Positions 25,578-41,206 of a stretch of 64,000 bases of DNA are shown one piece after another. The stretch lies in NCBI RefSeq assembly GCF_006345805.1, contig NC_043014.1, positions 4,898,001 to 4,962,000 of the forward strand, written 5' to 3'. The translations under genes and the position numbers were made by a program. Under the pieces are notes generated by a model. The model made no database searches. It saw only the letters and a list, made by a program, of their open reading frames with translations, and was not told the DNA's origin. Source of the stretch: Octopus sinensis. Its lineage: Eukaryota. Each line of letters starts with the position of its first letter. Position 1 is the first letter of the stretch.

Positions 25578-27840
25578 CGTGCGTGTGTATTTGTGTGTGT
25601 GTGTGTGTATTTGTGTGTGTGTTTGTGTGTTTGTTTGTGTGTGTGTCTGTGTGTGTGTGTGTGTAACACTCTCTGTTTGGCCCTCGAAATAAGGTTAATT
25701 TCAACAAAGTCCCATAATTCTTCCTATTGTAATGGCGGGTTGCATATGCAGCTGCGCATGCTCTGTACAGCTTAAACACATGGCGGTCGTTTTAACTGTC
25801 TAATTATGCCGCTGAATCAAAAGATGAATTTGAAGATCTTCCAGCGTCCGTATTCTCTGCAATTGTTTACGATTTACAACCAAGAAAATATTTGTATTCT
25901 AGAGAAGCGAATGCAGATTTACCCATCAGACTAATAATAGTGGGATAGTAAACATTAATAATCTTTAATCTTTATTGCAGCTTGATGCTGTAAACCGAAA
26001 CCTTCGTTTATCGAACAAATATTCGACACACTCCAACATACTGTCATGAATCCTATTGGATATAACGTGACGGTCACAACATCTCAGCCTTCTTACACAC
26101 AGCATCCGTGCTTGCCCTGACTATATTTGCTCTCTTTACTCTCACTTTAATGGGTGTTGTATTCGTTTTGCATGAAATGTATTCAGCTTCTAGGATCCAT
26201 CCTTTCTTCGGTTCTGGTATGTTTACGTAGATGAGTGAAAGAATTCGTCGTATTTGATGTTCTCTGCTGCTGAAATGAGGCAATTTTTCTTGTTGATTTC
26301 TTTTCTTATTCTTGTATATCAGCGTTTAGTATATGATGTGTATGTTGTGGGCATCGAGTTTCATTTTGTATCTTATTTCGAAGAGAGGTGGGAATTTTGT
26401 GATATAGATTTAGGTTGGCAGGACCAATACTCATTTATACTGTCTTTTGAGGGATTGATCGTGTAAATTCCACATTCTCAGAAAGCTTAAATTGAACATT
26501 TTGTGATATTTGTAAAGTAGACGATAAATAGGTTTTATAAGATATGGGGTTGGAATGGAACGGAAAGCTTTCCTCATTAATAACGGCAAATAGAATGGAT
26601 TGTGTGGAAGTATCTGGTTGTTGTTGAAAGAATCAGTTAAGTTCCGTGCTAAGTAATGTAGCGGTTCATGGCTCCTTGTCAGAATCCGAGTTGTAATTTG
26701 AAAACCAAGATGTCTGAGATAGTAGCGTCGAGTATTAGATTTTCTAAGGCTGTGCATGAAAAGCTGATATAATTCTATGGTGGTACTTTATTTGGGGTTT
26801 TGTTGAATCATGAGACAGAAGACAAAATACTGTTAAACAAAATAACATTTTATTTCAACGATAAGTTTGATAAACTGAAATCTTACAAAATGTTTTCTAG
26901 AATCATTCCGGCAGATTTAGATTTTTCTTGTTTTTGAGGATATTTCTGGCATTCTACGTCGCCTCTTTTGTATTGTTTGAATATCTTCTGTAAACTAGTA
27001 CAACAGTTTATTGTAACGATAGACATACTTTAAAGAAAATATTAGGTAACACAATTAAAATTTTGTTATTTATTGAAATTCACAGACATATTTTCATATG
27101 GAACCGAATTTAATTTCTGTTCAATATTTACTGCACACAACGCAGGTTAATTCTTGACCTTGGACATACGGTGGACATGGCAATGAACCACAAGAAGCCT
27201 GAACGAAATATAATAAAGCTCCATTTTCGTTTCGGTAACCCGCTGGATCAGCTTCTGGTGCATAGTCCACACAATCATATTCATGTCTGCCTTTATGATT
27301 ATAATGCTCGGTCATCAAATATCCTGAATACTCAGCTATCCAACCATCGTAACACTTTGTCCTGGCTGGTAGCATCATAACAACAGCAGGTTGTCGTGTC
27401 AAACAGACAGCGCACGGAACGTTGTGATCATGAATTGATTCAGCGTTAGCAAAAGAAAAGAGTTTATTTGAGTAGTGGGATATTTCATATTCACTGCCAT
27501 AAATGTAACCACCTTTTTCAACTTCTGTTGTATAATTGGCCCAAATGGGATCGTTAGGTAAACACAAGAGATTACTTCCGCCACCTGTGTGGTCAAAGAA
27601 TTGTCCACCAACCACACCTAGAATTGGTAAGAATAAATCAAGTAAAAAAGATGTTAAGCAAAATTATATATAAAATAACTGAAACATTCACTACAATTTG
27701 ACCCTTAAAAGATGTCATGTTTAGTCGCGTGTGAAGGAATTGTGGTGTATATATGTTAGTGTTTATGTGAGTGCAAGAAGTGTCGCTGTATGCATGAGAT
27801 CCTAGCTGTGCATTTGCATTCTCTTCATATATATATATAT

Positions 27841-27889
<49 letters not shown>

Positions 27890-27917
27890 AGTTAGCAACA
27901 AGGATATCCAGAGATAA

Positions 27918-28004
27918 TGCAGTACGATTGTTTCATGCCACTCCATTTAATTGAACAATACAATCATTACATCAATTTAAAATATAGAGCAATCTTCAGC
28001 TGCA
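27918..28004 (-). ncRNA. Hammerhead fold, paralog of 10661-10747
   Basis: Same core and stem I. Confidence 0.65.
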
Positions 28005-28194
28005 CAAATACATAGGATTTAATTAAATTGAAACAGATTGACACATTAGTATAATTATACCTGAAATCTCCAAGAAGCTAAGGAGATACACAAAGAAGAG
28101 TTTGTCTCTACTTCAGCATAGAAGTTAATAAAATTCTCAAGAAATTTATGAATACTTATGAATAGAAAAAATATTCTACAATTTCTATCCTTTT

Positions 28195-28680
28195 GTTAGG
28201 GTTTTGTTGAGGGTGGATGAATGGGGTGTGTGCATGTTATAGGGTTTTGTTGAGGGTGGATGAATGGGGTGTGCACATGTTATAGGGTTTTGTTGAGGGT
28301 GGATGAGTGGGGTGTGTGATGGGGTTTGTCCCCTTGCTCCCTGACCTAGCAATGGGTGAGGAGAATGTCTTGCATTCTTATTATAGATGCAGGTCTGGCT
28401 GTGTGGTTAAGCAGCTTGCTTTGCAACCAAGTAGTTGCAGGTTCAGTTCTATTGCACAGCACCTTGGGCAAGTGTTTTTCTCTTTCCTTGCTATAGCCCC
28501 AAGCTGACCAATGCCTTGTGAGTGAATTTGGTAGACGGAAAGTCTGTGGATACCTGCTCAGTGTGTATATATGTGTGTGTCTGTCCAATACCTTATTGCG
28601 TGACAGCTGGTGTTGGTTTATTTACATCCATATAACTCAGTGACTTGGTAAATTGAAACTAAAAGCAAAAATATGTACTG
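28195..28680 (+). mobile_element. Unit-2-specific insert: three copies of a roughly 43-bp repeat plus a family-2 SINE fragment, replacing the inverted-repeat spacer
   Basis: agggttttgttgagggtggatgaatggggtgtg repeated; SINE head from about 28388. Confidence 0.75.
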
Positions 28681-28757
28681 GGGTCTCCTTGGAGATTTTA
28701 GGTATAATTATACAAATGTGTCCATATGTTCTAATTTAATTAAATGCTACGTTTTTG

Positions 28758-28844
28758 TGCAACTGAAGATTGCCCTAAATTTTAAACTGATGTAATGATT
28801 GCATTGTACAATTAAATGGAGTTGCATGAAACGAACGTACTGCA
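28758..28844 (+). ncRNA. Hammerhead fold, paralog of 11440-11526
   Basis: Same core. Confidence 0.55.
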
Positions 28845-28965
28845 TTATCTCTGGATATCATCGTTGCTTAGTTTAATTTTAATCCCCTTACTTTGAAATT
28901 GTATGGATAATGCCGTACTAAAATCTGGAGCCTCAACTTAAGTACCATATTCATCCGAATCTATA

Positions 28966-29004
<39 letters not shown>

Positions 29005-29016
29005 CATACATATATA

Positions 29017-30700
<1,684 letters not shown>

Positions 30701-32454
30701 TTTGTACCTTTTGGTTGGAAACATTTTGGAGGTAAAGTAAACAATCATCACGATAGAGACCTCCATAAATGTTATGTAGGTATATGTATATAGAGACTTC
30801 CAATGTTATGTAGGTATATATATATATAGACCTCCAAAAAAGTTATGTAGGTATATGTATATATATGTTGTGTGTATATACGGGTAAGTATTTGTGGTTA
30901 TGACGTGGATTATTATGTAAGTTTGCATGGGGAAGTGTTTTTGCGAGGATGTTAATACAAGGAGAAAAAGAAAGGAATATTGTAACGCATGTACTCGTGT
31001 TTACCCGAAACGGAAAATGTGTTCACGAGTGAACGGGGATATTTTTGGTGATGGAGTCGGCGACCGATATAATATACGTGTAGGGTTTATAAAGAGCAGA
31101 TTCAGAGCATTTTTAAGGATCGTAAGGTTGATTGGGGACGCAGTTTGTAGCAGCAGTTTTGAATTGGAAGTGTCGTGATTACCATACAAAGATATACTGG
31201 ATAATTAATGAGGTGATGTGGTGCATGAAAAGAGCAAGGGTTTAGCGATAGGATGATTTCGGTGAGGCGGAGAAGAATAGAAGTGCATTCTGTACTCTGT
31301 TGTGTTCTCTCACTAATATTTAGTCTCTCTCTATTTTACTTAATGAATAAAGTCCTTAGCTTTTTCCATCAGTTACAGTATGTAGCTTGTCCAGTCCTCA
31401 TTCTACATTGTGCATTCTTTTCATTAATCGTTTACAGTCACTGTCATCAAATCAAATAGACTCTATTCAATTTAGTCCACACCTACGATCATTGGGCACT
31501 CTAGTTAATGATAGTCAAGTGACCACTTTTCCCCTCTGGTCACTCACGTACAATACCACCATCCGTAGCCAGTACACTTGACCACCAGTTAGCAGCCTCG
31601 GTATTTGATATCTACAATCCAAAGCTGATCAGCCTGAAATTCATGATCGCCATGGTGGTTTTCAGTCCAGCCCTTGTCTGTAATTTAACGTAGAGATATC
31701 TATATTCTGTGGTTAGACAACATCTTTTTCACTTGGTCCGTAGTAGACAACATATAATATTCTGATTTGACCAAATACCTACAAAAAAGTTAGCAGTCTT
31801 GTGCAGTCTCTATAGGGTCTATAGGTATCGTTTCAAACGTAATATATCATAAGAGGATTTGAGAATGTTTATGTCAGACAACTCGACAAAGGGTGAGTGT
31901 GTGTGCGTGTGCGTGAGAGAGAGGGTGAGAGAGAAAGAGAGGCAACAAAAAGAGAGAATGAGAGGTATAAAAAGAGAACAAGAGAAAAACAAAAAGAGAA
32001 TGAGAGGTCAGAAATATAAAGTATACTAACCGTCATATACAAGGTTTGAATAAGGAGGACAAGTTGTTCTACCCCACCGGGTATACAATGATCCGAGATG
32101 CGAGGTTTAATCTGAAGACCTGCAACTAAATTCCACGTAATTATTGAGTGCACAACAACCCAGCTCTGGCAGAGATCTTATCGTAAATTTATGAACCAAT
32201 GCGATTAGTGGAACTGTAAAAGCGGGTGTGAACTTATCTGACAGGTTTAATTATTGGAAAGAGATGGTTTGATATTGTCACACAATAATTAGCAAAATAT
32301 TTTGATGAATGAGAGACACGTGTAAAGTGAAATGATTCCTGTTTCTGGATATATTATGATATATTTATTTACTAATGTTGTTATTTAATTTTATTTGTTA
32401 TTCTTGGGAAACTGTTTTAATATTCAGTGTGGGAAGTATTTCGTTCAACCGACA

Positions 32455-33424
32455 AATACACACACACAAAGGCACACACACTCACACACACACACACACT
32501 GACACACACACTGACACACACACTGGCACATATACACACGCACACACTTACATACATACACACACACACACACTGACACACACACAGACACACTGACATA
32601 CACACAAACACACTGACACTCACACACTGACACACAAACACACTGACACACAAACACACTGACAAACACACATACAAACACACACACTGACAAACACACA
32701 CACACACACTGACACACATCCTCACACACACTCACACACACATTGTCATACACACACACACATACACACTCACATACTGACACACACACACACACCCACA
32801 CACACACTGATACACACACACACAATGACACAAACACACACGCACACACTGACACACACACCTACACAAACACACCCACTGACACACACACACATACAAA
32901 CACGCACACACACTGACATACACACATACAAACACGCACACACACTGACATACACACATACACACACACTGACACCACACTCACACACACTGACACACAC
33001 ATAGTGACCCACACACATTGACACACGAACACACACACACACACACAGAGTGACATACAAACACACACATACTCACACACACACACAAACAAACACACTC
33101 AAACAACTGACACACACACCTACACAAACACACACACTGACACACACACACTGATACACACACAGTGACACACACACACACATTCACACACACACACACT
33201 GACACACGCATACCCACACACACACACTGTTACACACGCAGTGACACACCCACCCACCCACACACACACATTCACACACACACACTGACACACACACACA
33301 CACTGATATACACACACACGCACGTACTGACACACGCACACACACAGACAAACACATACACACAAACACTGACACATGCACACACACACACAAACACACT
33401 GACACACACACACACTGACACACA

Positions 33425-33472
<48 letters not shown>

Positions 33473-33500
33473 AACACACTGACACACACACTCACACGCA
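32455..33500. repeat. Compound (CA)n/CACTGA tract of about 1 kb
   Basis: Direct reading; lacks the second 40-bp flanking repeat. Confidence 0.95.
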
Positions 33501-34410
33501 CAAATACGTGGGAAAATGCGGGCACTTATCTTTTGATAACGGTTGAACTGGCACCCGATAGGGAGCAGCACTGGACTGATATGCTGTTTTTGCAGCTTTT
33601 TGCGTTTAGTGTTTGAAATATGCCATTAGCACATTTTAACGAACCTGAAAATTGCTTATGCCTAATACTGAGCGCTAATACTGTTCACTGGAAACGCCAT
33701 GTTGAATGTTTCCATTTATTCATTTGTCAATTTGCATTTCGTTTTCAAGGAACGATGAGAGGCTGCGTGTGTACCCTTTTCAATAGTGTTTCGTGAAAAT
33801 TTCAATGTGTTAGTAACCTGACAAGTACTTAGGTAGTCAACATTTTTTGGTATTTCTTCACTGGATATCAAATATCCTTTATTAGGTATTATCCGCGATT
33901 GGATTGCAGAGATTCCATCGCTTCGATTGTAGTTACAATAATACGTATGGGAGTATTTTTTTTATTAAACCATCTTGATTTAGTGACGTTCGTTATAAGC
34001 TTTTATCTTGTTTTCTGAAGATTGATCATGAAATGGTGATATATTTGTACGGAGGTGTTTCATTTGGGGATTGTTTTCATTTTAAGACGGAATACAACAC
34101 ACATTTAAACGAATCATTATTTTATTTCAACTTTGAAATTTGATAAACTGAACCTCATACAATGTATTCTAGAATCATTCCCTGAGGATTACATCGTTTT
34201 GTTAAGCTATTTGTCACATTCTATGACGTCTCTGTTGTTTCGTTTTGAATATTTTCTGAAAACTTGTAGCAGCAATTTATTAAACGACATATATTAGTCG
34301 GATACAATACTGCGCAACACAATTACAAGAAACGTATATGTTGCTTTATTATATTATATTTTATGATTCGCCGACATAAATTTTCATATAGAAACGAATG
34401 TAAATTCTAT

Positions 34411-34910
34411 TCAGTATTTACTGCACACAACGCAGGTTAATTCTCGACCATTGACATACGGTGGACATGGCAATGAACCACAAGCAGCCTGAACGAAATA
34501 CAGTAGAGCTCCATCTTCGTTTCTGTAACCCGCTGGATCAGCTTCTGGTGCATAATCCACACACACATAATCATGTCTGCCCTTTGCATTATAATACTCG
34601 CTCATCAAATATCCCGAATACTCAGCTGTCCAACCAGCGTAACACTTTGTCCTGGCTGGTAACATCATAACAACAGCAGGTTGTCGTGTCAAACAGACAG
34701 CGCACGGAACGTTGTGTTGATGAATTGATTCAGCGTTAGCAAAAGAAAAGAGTTTATTTGTTGGGTATAAATCTAATTGATATTCACTACCATAAATGTA
34801 ACCACCTTTTTCAACTTCTGTCGTATAATTGGCCCAAATGGGGTCGTTAGGTAGGCACAAGAGATTACTTCCGCCACCAGGATGGTTAAAATGTAGTCCA
34901 CCAACCACAC
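34411..34910 (-). CDS. G3 exon 4, open, most divergent domain (one extra codon)
   Basis: ttctag| acceptor; GLHFNHP, EYQLDLYPT and SEYYNAK variants; all Cys kept. Confidence 0.9.
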
Positions 34911-35115
34911 CTAGAATTGGTAAGAACAAATCAAGTAAAAAAGATATTAAGCAAAATTATATATGAAATAACGGAAACATTCATTACAATTTTTCATTTA
35001 AAAGAAGTCATGTTTACTCGCGTGTGAAGGAATTGTGGTGTATATGTTAGTGTTTATATGAGTGTAAGCAGTGTGTTGAGGTATGTATGAGATCGTAGCT
35101 GTGCATTTGCCTTCT

Positions 35116-35165
<50 letters not shown>

Positions 35166-36662
35166 TAATAAGCAACAAGGATATCCAGAGATAATGCGGT
35201 ACGATTGTTTCATACAACTCCATTTATATATATATATATGTTTTGTGTATACGGGTACCTATTTGTGGTTACGACGTGGATTATTATGTGTGCATGCATG
35301 GGGTAGGTGTTTTTCGGTGGATGTCACCAGATGGAGAATAAGTAAGATTTTTTAACGCATGCACACGTGTTTATCCGAAATGGAAAAGATGTTCACGTGT
35401 GAACGGGGATATTTTGGGTGGTGGAAATTGTTGGTGGTTTGAGTAGGACAATAGGGGAGACGACGAGATGCAGAGAAGTGGTGGGTAACCGTCGATGAAA
35501 TGTTGTTTAGTCGATCATACGAGAGTCAGTGGCTAAACCTCTCGTTTAGACTCGGAGGAATCAGGCTTACATAGACGTTATGATCACACAGACTTTTTTT
35601 CATGCAATACACAGAAACGAGGTGGGAGGAAAGATTGTGAGTTTCAGTGATGGCGTAGTGCTTAAGATGAATGGACGTCGGAGTGGGCTACCGATAAAGG
35701 ATACGTGTAGGGTTTATAGAGAGCAGATTCAGAACATTTTTAGGAAATGTGAGGTTCATTGCCGAAGCGGGGTTTGTAGCAGCAGTTTTGAATTGGAAGT
35801 TTCGGAATTACCTTACAAAGATATACTGGATAATTAATGAGGTGATGTGGTGCATGAAAAGAACAAGGTTTTAGCGATAGGACGATTTCGGTGAGGCGGA
35901 GAAGAATAGAAGTGCATTCTGTACTCTGTTGTGTTCTCTCACTAATATTTAGTCTCTCTATATTTTACTTAATGAATACAGTCCTTAGCTTTTTCCATCA
36001 GTTACAGTATGTGGCTTGTCCAGTCCTCATTCTACATTGTGCGTTCATTTCATTAATCGTTTACAGTCACTGTCATCAATTCTAATAGTCTCTTTCCAAT
36101 TTAGCCCACACCTACGATCACTGGGCACTCTAGTTAATGATAGTCAAGTGGCCACTATTCAGCTCTGGTCACTCACGTACAATACTACCATCCGTAGCCA
36201 GTACAATTGATCACCAGTTAGCAGCCTCGGTATTTGATATCTACAATCCAAAGCTGATCAGCCTGAACTTCTTGATCGCCATGGTGGTTTTCAGTCCAGC
36301 CCCTGTCTGTAATTTAACGTAGAGATATCTATATTCTGTGGTTAGACAACATCCTTTTCACATGTTCCGTAGTAGACAACATATAATATTCTGATTTGAC
36401 CAAATACCTACAAAGGAGTAAGCAGTCTTGTGTAGTGTCTGTATAGTCTACAGGTATAGACGTTTGAAACGTGACATATCATAAGAGGAATTGAGAAAGT
36501 ATATGTGAAACAACCCGACAAATGGTGAGTGTGTGTGCATGTGCGTGAGAGAGAGGGTGAGAGAGAAAGAGAGGCAACAAAAAGAGAGAATAAGAGGTAT
36601 AAAAAGAGAACAAGAGAAAGACAAAAAGAGAATGAGAGGTGAGAAATATAAAGTATACTAAC

Positions 36663-36737
36663 CGTCATATACAAGTTTTGAATAAGGAGGACAAGTTGTT
36701 CTGCCCCACCGGGTATACAATGATCCGAGACCGGGTT
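36663..36737 (-). CDS. G3 exon 3, intact
   Basis: 75 nt with canonical splice sites. Confidence 0.9.
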
Positions 36738-37199
36738 CTGCGAAATTAAAATGAAATAATTTAGTTTAAAAGAAAGAATTGGGGGATCATTTACAAAGTA
36801 GGTTGTTGGATGGGAAGGAATTGATGGAGAAGAGAGAAATATAGAATTTAAGAAAGAACGAGTGAATGAATGAAAGTCAGAACGAAAGATGTAAATAATA
36901 AGAATAAATTGTAAAGAAAGAAAAAAGACATTTGTCTGTTGAGCCTGTTGTTGACGTTGATGTCAAAGATTTGAGAGATTAATCTCGTAAACTTGGGGTA
37001 TGAGTAAACTTGGGTATGAGTATATATACTTCTCAATAGAATAATGATAAAACTCAATAGAATAATGATAAAATATTCGCCAGGTGCGAATATTCATCGG
37101 TCAATTACAAATATCAGTTTGGAGCTCGGCGCAAATAAGGCCATCATAACTACAATATGAAAATAACAACAATACCGCATCATTTGTCGATAAATGTAT

Positions 37200-39135
37200 A
37201 GCACACCCCACCCAATACCGGTGCAACCAGCAAGAAGCCTGCAAATTGATCTGGGGTGCGTGGGTTGAGAGCACAAAATTGACGGTCTCAGGACAACAAA
37301 GCAGATCAAGAAGGGAACAACCCTTAATAATTGAGAATTAAAAAGACAAAATTGTTAGATATAATCTGCCTGTAAGATATGATCGGAGTCTCCTCTACAA
37401 AATTTCGTTTCTCCGATAGCGTACTCTTGGATATAGGCTTGAAACTCCACTACGCAACTGTGGTGCCAACAATGTCAGCACAGGTGGGATTAGGATACAC
37501 TCAATTCCCAGCATTCGGATAGTATTATGGAATGAAACTTACTAGGTGTGAGGGTTCACCTCTTGAAAATAAGGCTGAATATGAAGGGCCACTTTGGCTG
37601 CTGTAAGTATATGCAGCAAACAGCGAGCTCAAATACGAATCCTTTCTTAGCAAATACACACTCAGAATTAGATATATTTGGGGTAAAGTCATTTGTCCTG
37701 CAAGGAGACTTCAGTGCACACCTTGGCACTGATAACCGTGAGAAGGATTGATTGGAAGGAATGTCGTCAGTGAACTTAATGGAGAGGTCATAGCAGCCTT
37801 CAGTGCAGGATACACACTCTCCTCTCTCTGGTATAGATATTATTTGAAGACAGGGATATTTATAAGGGTACCTTATATAGAAATACTTGGTGACAGAGGT
37901 TTGTGATAGATTTCGGTCATCTTTCACTCTTTGCTGAACGTTCGGGTAAAAGGAAGTGGCGGAGTTGTCAACTCGTCACTACCTAAATGTCTGAAAACCT
38001 GAGAATGCCTACAGTCTGCCGAACACTGGAAATTGGTAAGTCCAGTGCGACCTACAGACTACAGTTGGAAGCCACTGTGGATGCTGGGATCAGATATAAA
38101 ATTGTGGAGACTTTTGCATCCAAATTGAGAGTGACCATCCTGAATGAAGCTGGACATCGAAATGGATTCGTGATTGTATTATTTTATTCGGCAGGTTCTT
38201 CTTCGGTTGAACGCTTATTTGAGCTAAATTCACTTCAAAGTGGTAAAGCTGCTGATGATAAGGACGTTCGGCTTGATATTTTAGAAACCTTAAATACAAA
38301 TGGTATTCTCTGAGTGACCAATGTATGCTAGGTGGATGGGACCTGTGGAAAACACACCAAGGCAATGGTAATATGGGGTGACAATCACAATTTTTTCAAA
38401 CAGAGACCAAAGATTGTGTTCTAATTATAGAAAAGTCTACACTAGATGTCAGGAAAAGATATGTAGGGAAATTGTCGCGCCGAAGATTACTGTCCGGGAC
38501 GCAGTACACCCGACCAGATAATCGTTCAAAGACAGATCTTCCAGCAAACACTGAAATATTTCCAAGGTTTATACGCTGTAAACCAAGAAAAGGCACAAGA
38601 TCACGTGCCGTGGGGCATGTTGCGGATGGTTTACCATGAAGGTGAGTTTAATGGGCAAATACTGGTTGCCATAAAGTACTTATATGGATGTTCAAATGAT
38701 TGTATTTATGTAAAAGTCGAAAGTTTTCAACGTGAATGTTTCACTTAGTTGAAGTGTGCATTGTTAGTGCCCCATCTCACATTCTTTTTTGTGATCTGGT
38801 TAAATATGCGCAGCCATTGTGGTAGAGGATTCCTAATTCATCTCTACGTGATCGGTCGACTGTTATTTGTAGTCGACGTGCTGCTACGTGATTCATCTGA
38901 TTGTCACCAACAACGTGCATTGAATGGATTGGCTGCCGGGTACACCAAGGCAGGGTTGACAAATACCGACTTTGTAGGAAAGTGGAACATAATTATTTCG
39001 GGTTTCTATTCACGAATTATTGGAAGCACAAGAGTGGACAGAATGCTGAATTGTAGATATAAACGCAGTGAAGCGACAGCTCGGGCATTTGATTCTCAGA
39101 TGAAAAGGGCTTGGTACAATTCTCGACGTAGCGCT
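37200..39135 (+). mobile_element. Decayed RTE-like LINE, paralog of 15390-17290
   Basis: KSFVLQGDFSAHLG; RLLFVVDVLL. Confidence 0.85.
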
Positions 39136-39368
39136 GCATATATACTCATATACACTCAATAAATGGCATAGTATATTAGAGTAACATTTTATTTAGGAAA
39201 TTATTGTAATGTATTATATATTTTAAAATGAATTCAGGCAAGTGCCTCAGTATATATTATTGTGGAAATATGGATAGTAATGTGGAACTAATTCAAAGTT
39301 GCTAAAATTATAAATCATTAGTTAAGGAGACACGGGTAAAAGACTTTAGCTATAAAATTAGTTCTTAC

Positions 39369-39420
39369 TTGGTGTGTCATCAGGTTTATCGTCGAGAGAT
39401 TTCTTTGAGATGAAACGGTT
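39369..39420 (-). CDS. G3 exon 2, intact
   Basis: 52 nt; differs from G0 only by a synonymous TCC to TCA change. Confidence 0.88.
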
Positions 39421-40116
39421 CTGTGAAAAAATAGAAATAGCATCATGTAAATAGAACTTCAGGGTATTTATTATCGTTTAGAACTTAAAACAATGCAATA
39501 GATGACAACATATTCGGACAGGTATCATTGACAACACTACCATCTCAACCCCTTAGAAATCTTCTAGAAGGCGCTTCCATCAAGTCAAAGGATTTTCTGA
39601 ACAATATCAACTCTGCATTTCAAATGACATCGTTTGGTGAATCTAAGAAGATAGATAAACATGAATTTACGCCGACGTCAAAGTTCAAGGGCAAGTGTAT
39701 CCTCTCATTGGTTCTCTGGTACCGGCGAATGAACAACCACAGTTCATCAAAATTTACTCTATGAGTGATGTAGGACAACAAACCAGACGTGAGGTGTCAA
39801 AATTTCCGATGATGTATCGTGTTAGACACAGCGCACACTGCTAAAAGGAGAGTATATCCACTGACAGCTTTTTGGTGCGTTCAAAAATCACACAAACCCC
39901 ACCTCCAATTTTGCATGACAGGTTAGGGCCTGAAACACTCCAGACGGACGCATAGCATGTTGCTTAGTCGAATTAGCCCAGCATTTACTCTACAAATGTT
40001 TTGTTGTCAATGTTGCACTTTCCCATATCACATGTTTCAAAATGACTGGAATATATTATATACCAACTTTGCCATTTGAATCCCCAGCAATGCCGGGTAT
40101 GTCTGCTCGTACACAG

Positions 40117-40151
<35 letters not shown>

Positions 40152-40163
40152 CACACATATTTC

Positions 40164-40199
<36 letters not shown>

Positions 40200-40203
<4 letters not shown>

Positions 40204-40744
40204 TAAGGGTAGCAAAAAATTCTACAAAAAATTCTCTGCTACCAGCGGTCTAGTGAGAAAGGAAAGATAGTCAAAGACTATATACTATACATTCAACAAT
40301 ATACGGAATGGCCATAATAGGACATTCGACTCACTAGAAAGAGCAGCCAAACTCAAACCTTTAATTAGTTGTAATTCTGAAATAGAAAGGTAAATAAAAA
40401 CGTTTACCCCTTTCATCTCTGTACTATGCATAGTTTCTGCAAACTTTGTAAACAAATTAATTAAATTAAATATATTTACATCTGGCGTGCCTCGTCAGCA
40501 GAGAAGCCTATGATGAGTATATGTCCACGAGGCGATGGTAAAGAAGCCTCCAGTCCATATGCTCTAAATTTTCAAAATTCTACCGCAATCGCGATGTCTT
40601 CTCAGCAGCAAATATAAACTGCTGATTTAATTTCAAAATTAGCCAAAAAATCATTAATTAATAAATATTAGGGTATTTAGCAGTTTCAGTTGGGCTGCTC
40701 TTTCTAGTAATTCGAATGTCCTATTATGACCATTCCTTATATCG

Positions 40745-40755
<11 letters not shown>
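40200..40755. mobile_element. Unit-3-specific Penelope-derived element with roughly 72-bp inverted repeats (about 40285-40357 and 40683-40755) and a central hammerhead
   Basis: Arms about 85% identical by eye; flanked by (TA)n. Confidence 0.65.
40416..40504 (-). ncRNA. Type I hammerhead ribozyme fold, third family
   Basis: TCTCTG-CTGACGA-stem II-GAAA-CTATGCATAG-TA-CAGAGA; 6-bp stem I; palindromic stem III ACTATGCATAGT; G-A at base of stem II. Confidence 0.7.
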
Positions 40756-40811
<56 letters not shown>

Positions 40812-41206
40812 CTAGCAGTATCGCCCGGCGTTGCTCGGGTTGTAAGGGAAATAACTATATAAGCATTGTTAGAGAGTTATAGCCAAAAAATAGCAAAAAA
40901 AATGCATTAAAAATTGAAAAAAAATTAAGGTAAATTTTTTTTAAATCGTTGACACATCGTATATATTTTTAGAGAGTTACTTCCCTTATATAAAAGCGAA
41001 AAAAATGCATTAAAATGGAAAAATATGATGGTAAATTTTTTTAAAATCGTAGACTCATCGTAGACGCGCGCTAATACCCAGAAGGGCTCGATATGAATCA
41101 CGACTATAAGATACCCGCTTTTGGTTAAACTGCACCGCAAAATGTGGGAGTAATTACGAATGTAAATCGAAGGGGACAGACACACAACTTCACTCTTATA
41201 TAAAGA
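40812..41206 (-). mobile_element. Non-autonomous Helitron with canonical ends
   Basis: a|TCTTTATATAAG at the 5' end; CCCG-AGCAACGC-CGGG hairpin followed by CTAG|t at the 3' end; inserted between A and T. Confidence 0.85.

Noticed and set aside
28195-28330. Short tandem repeats (also 13461-13570) as CRISPR-like arrays
   Set aside because: Head-to-tail repeats without unique spacers, in eukaryotic DNA.
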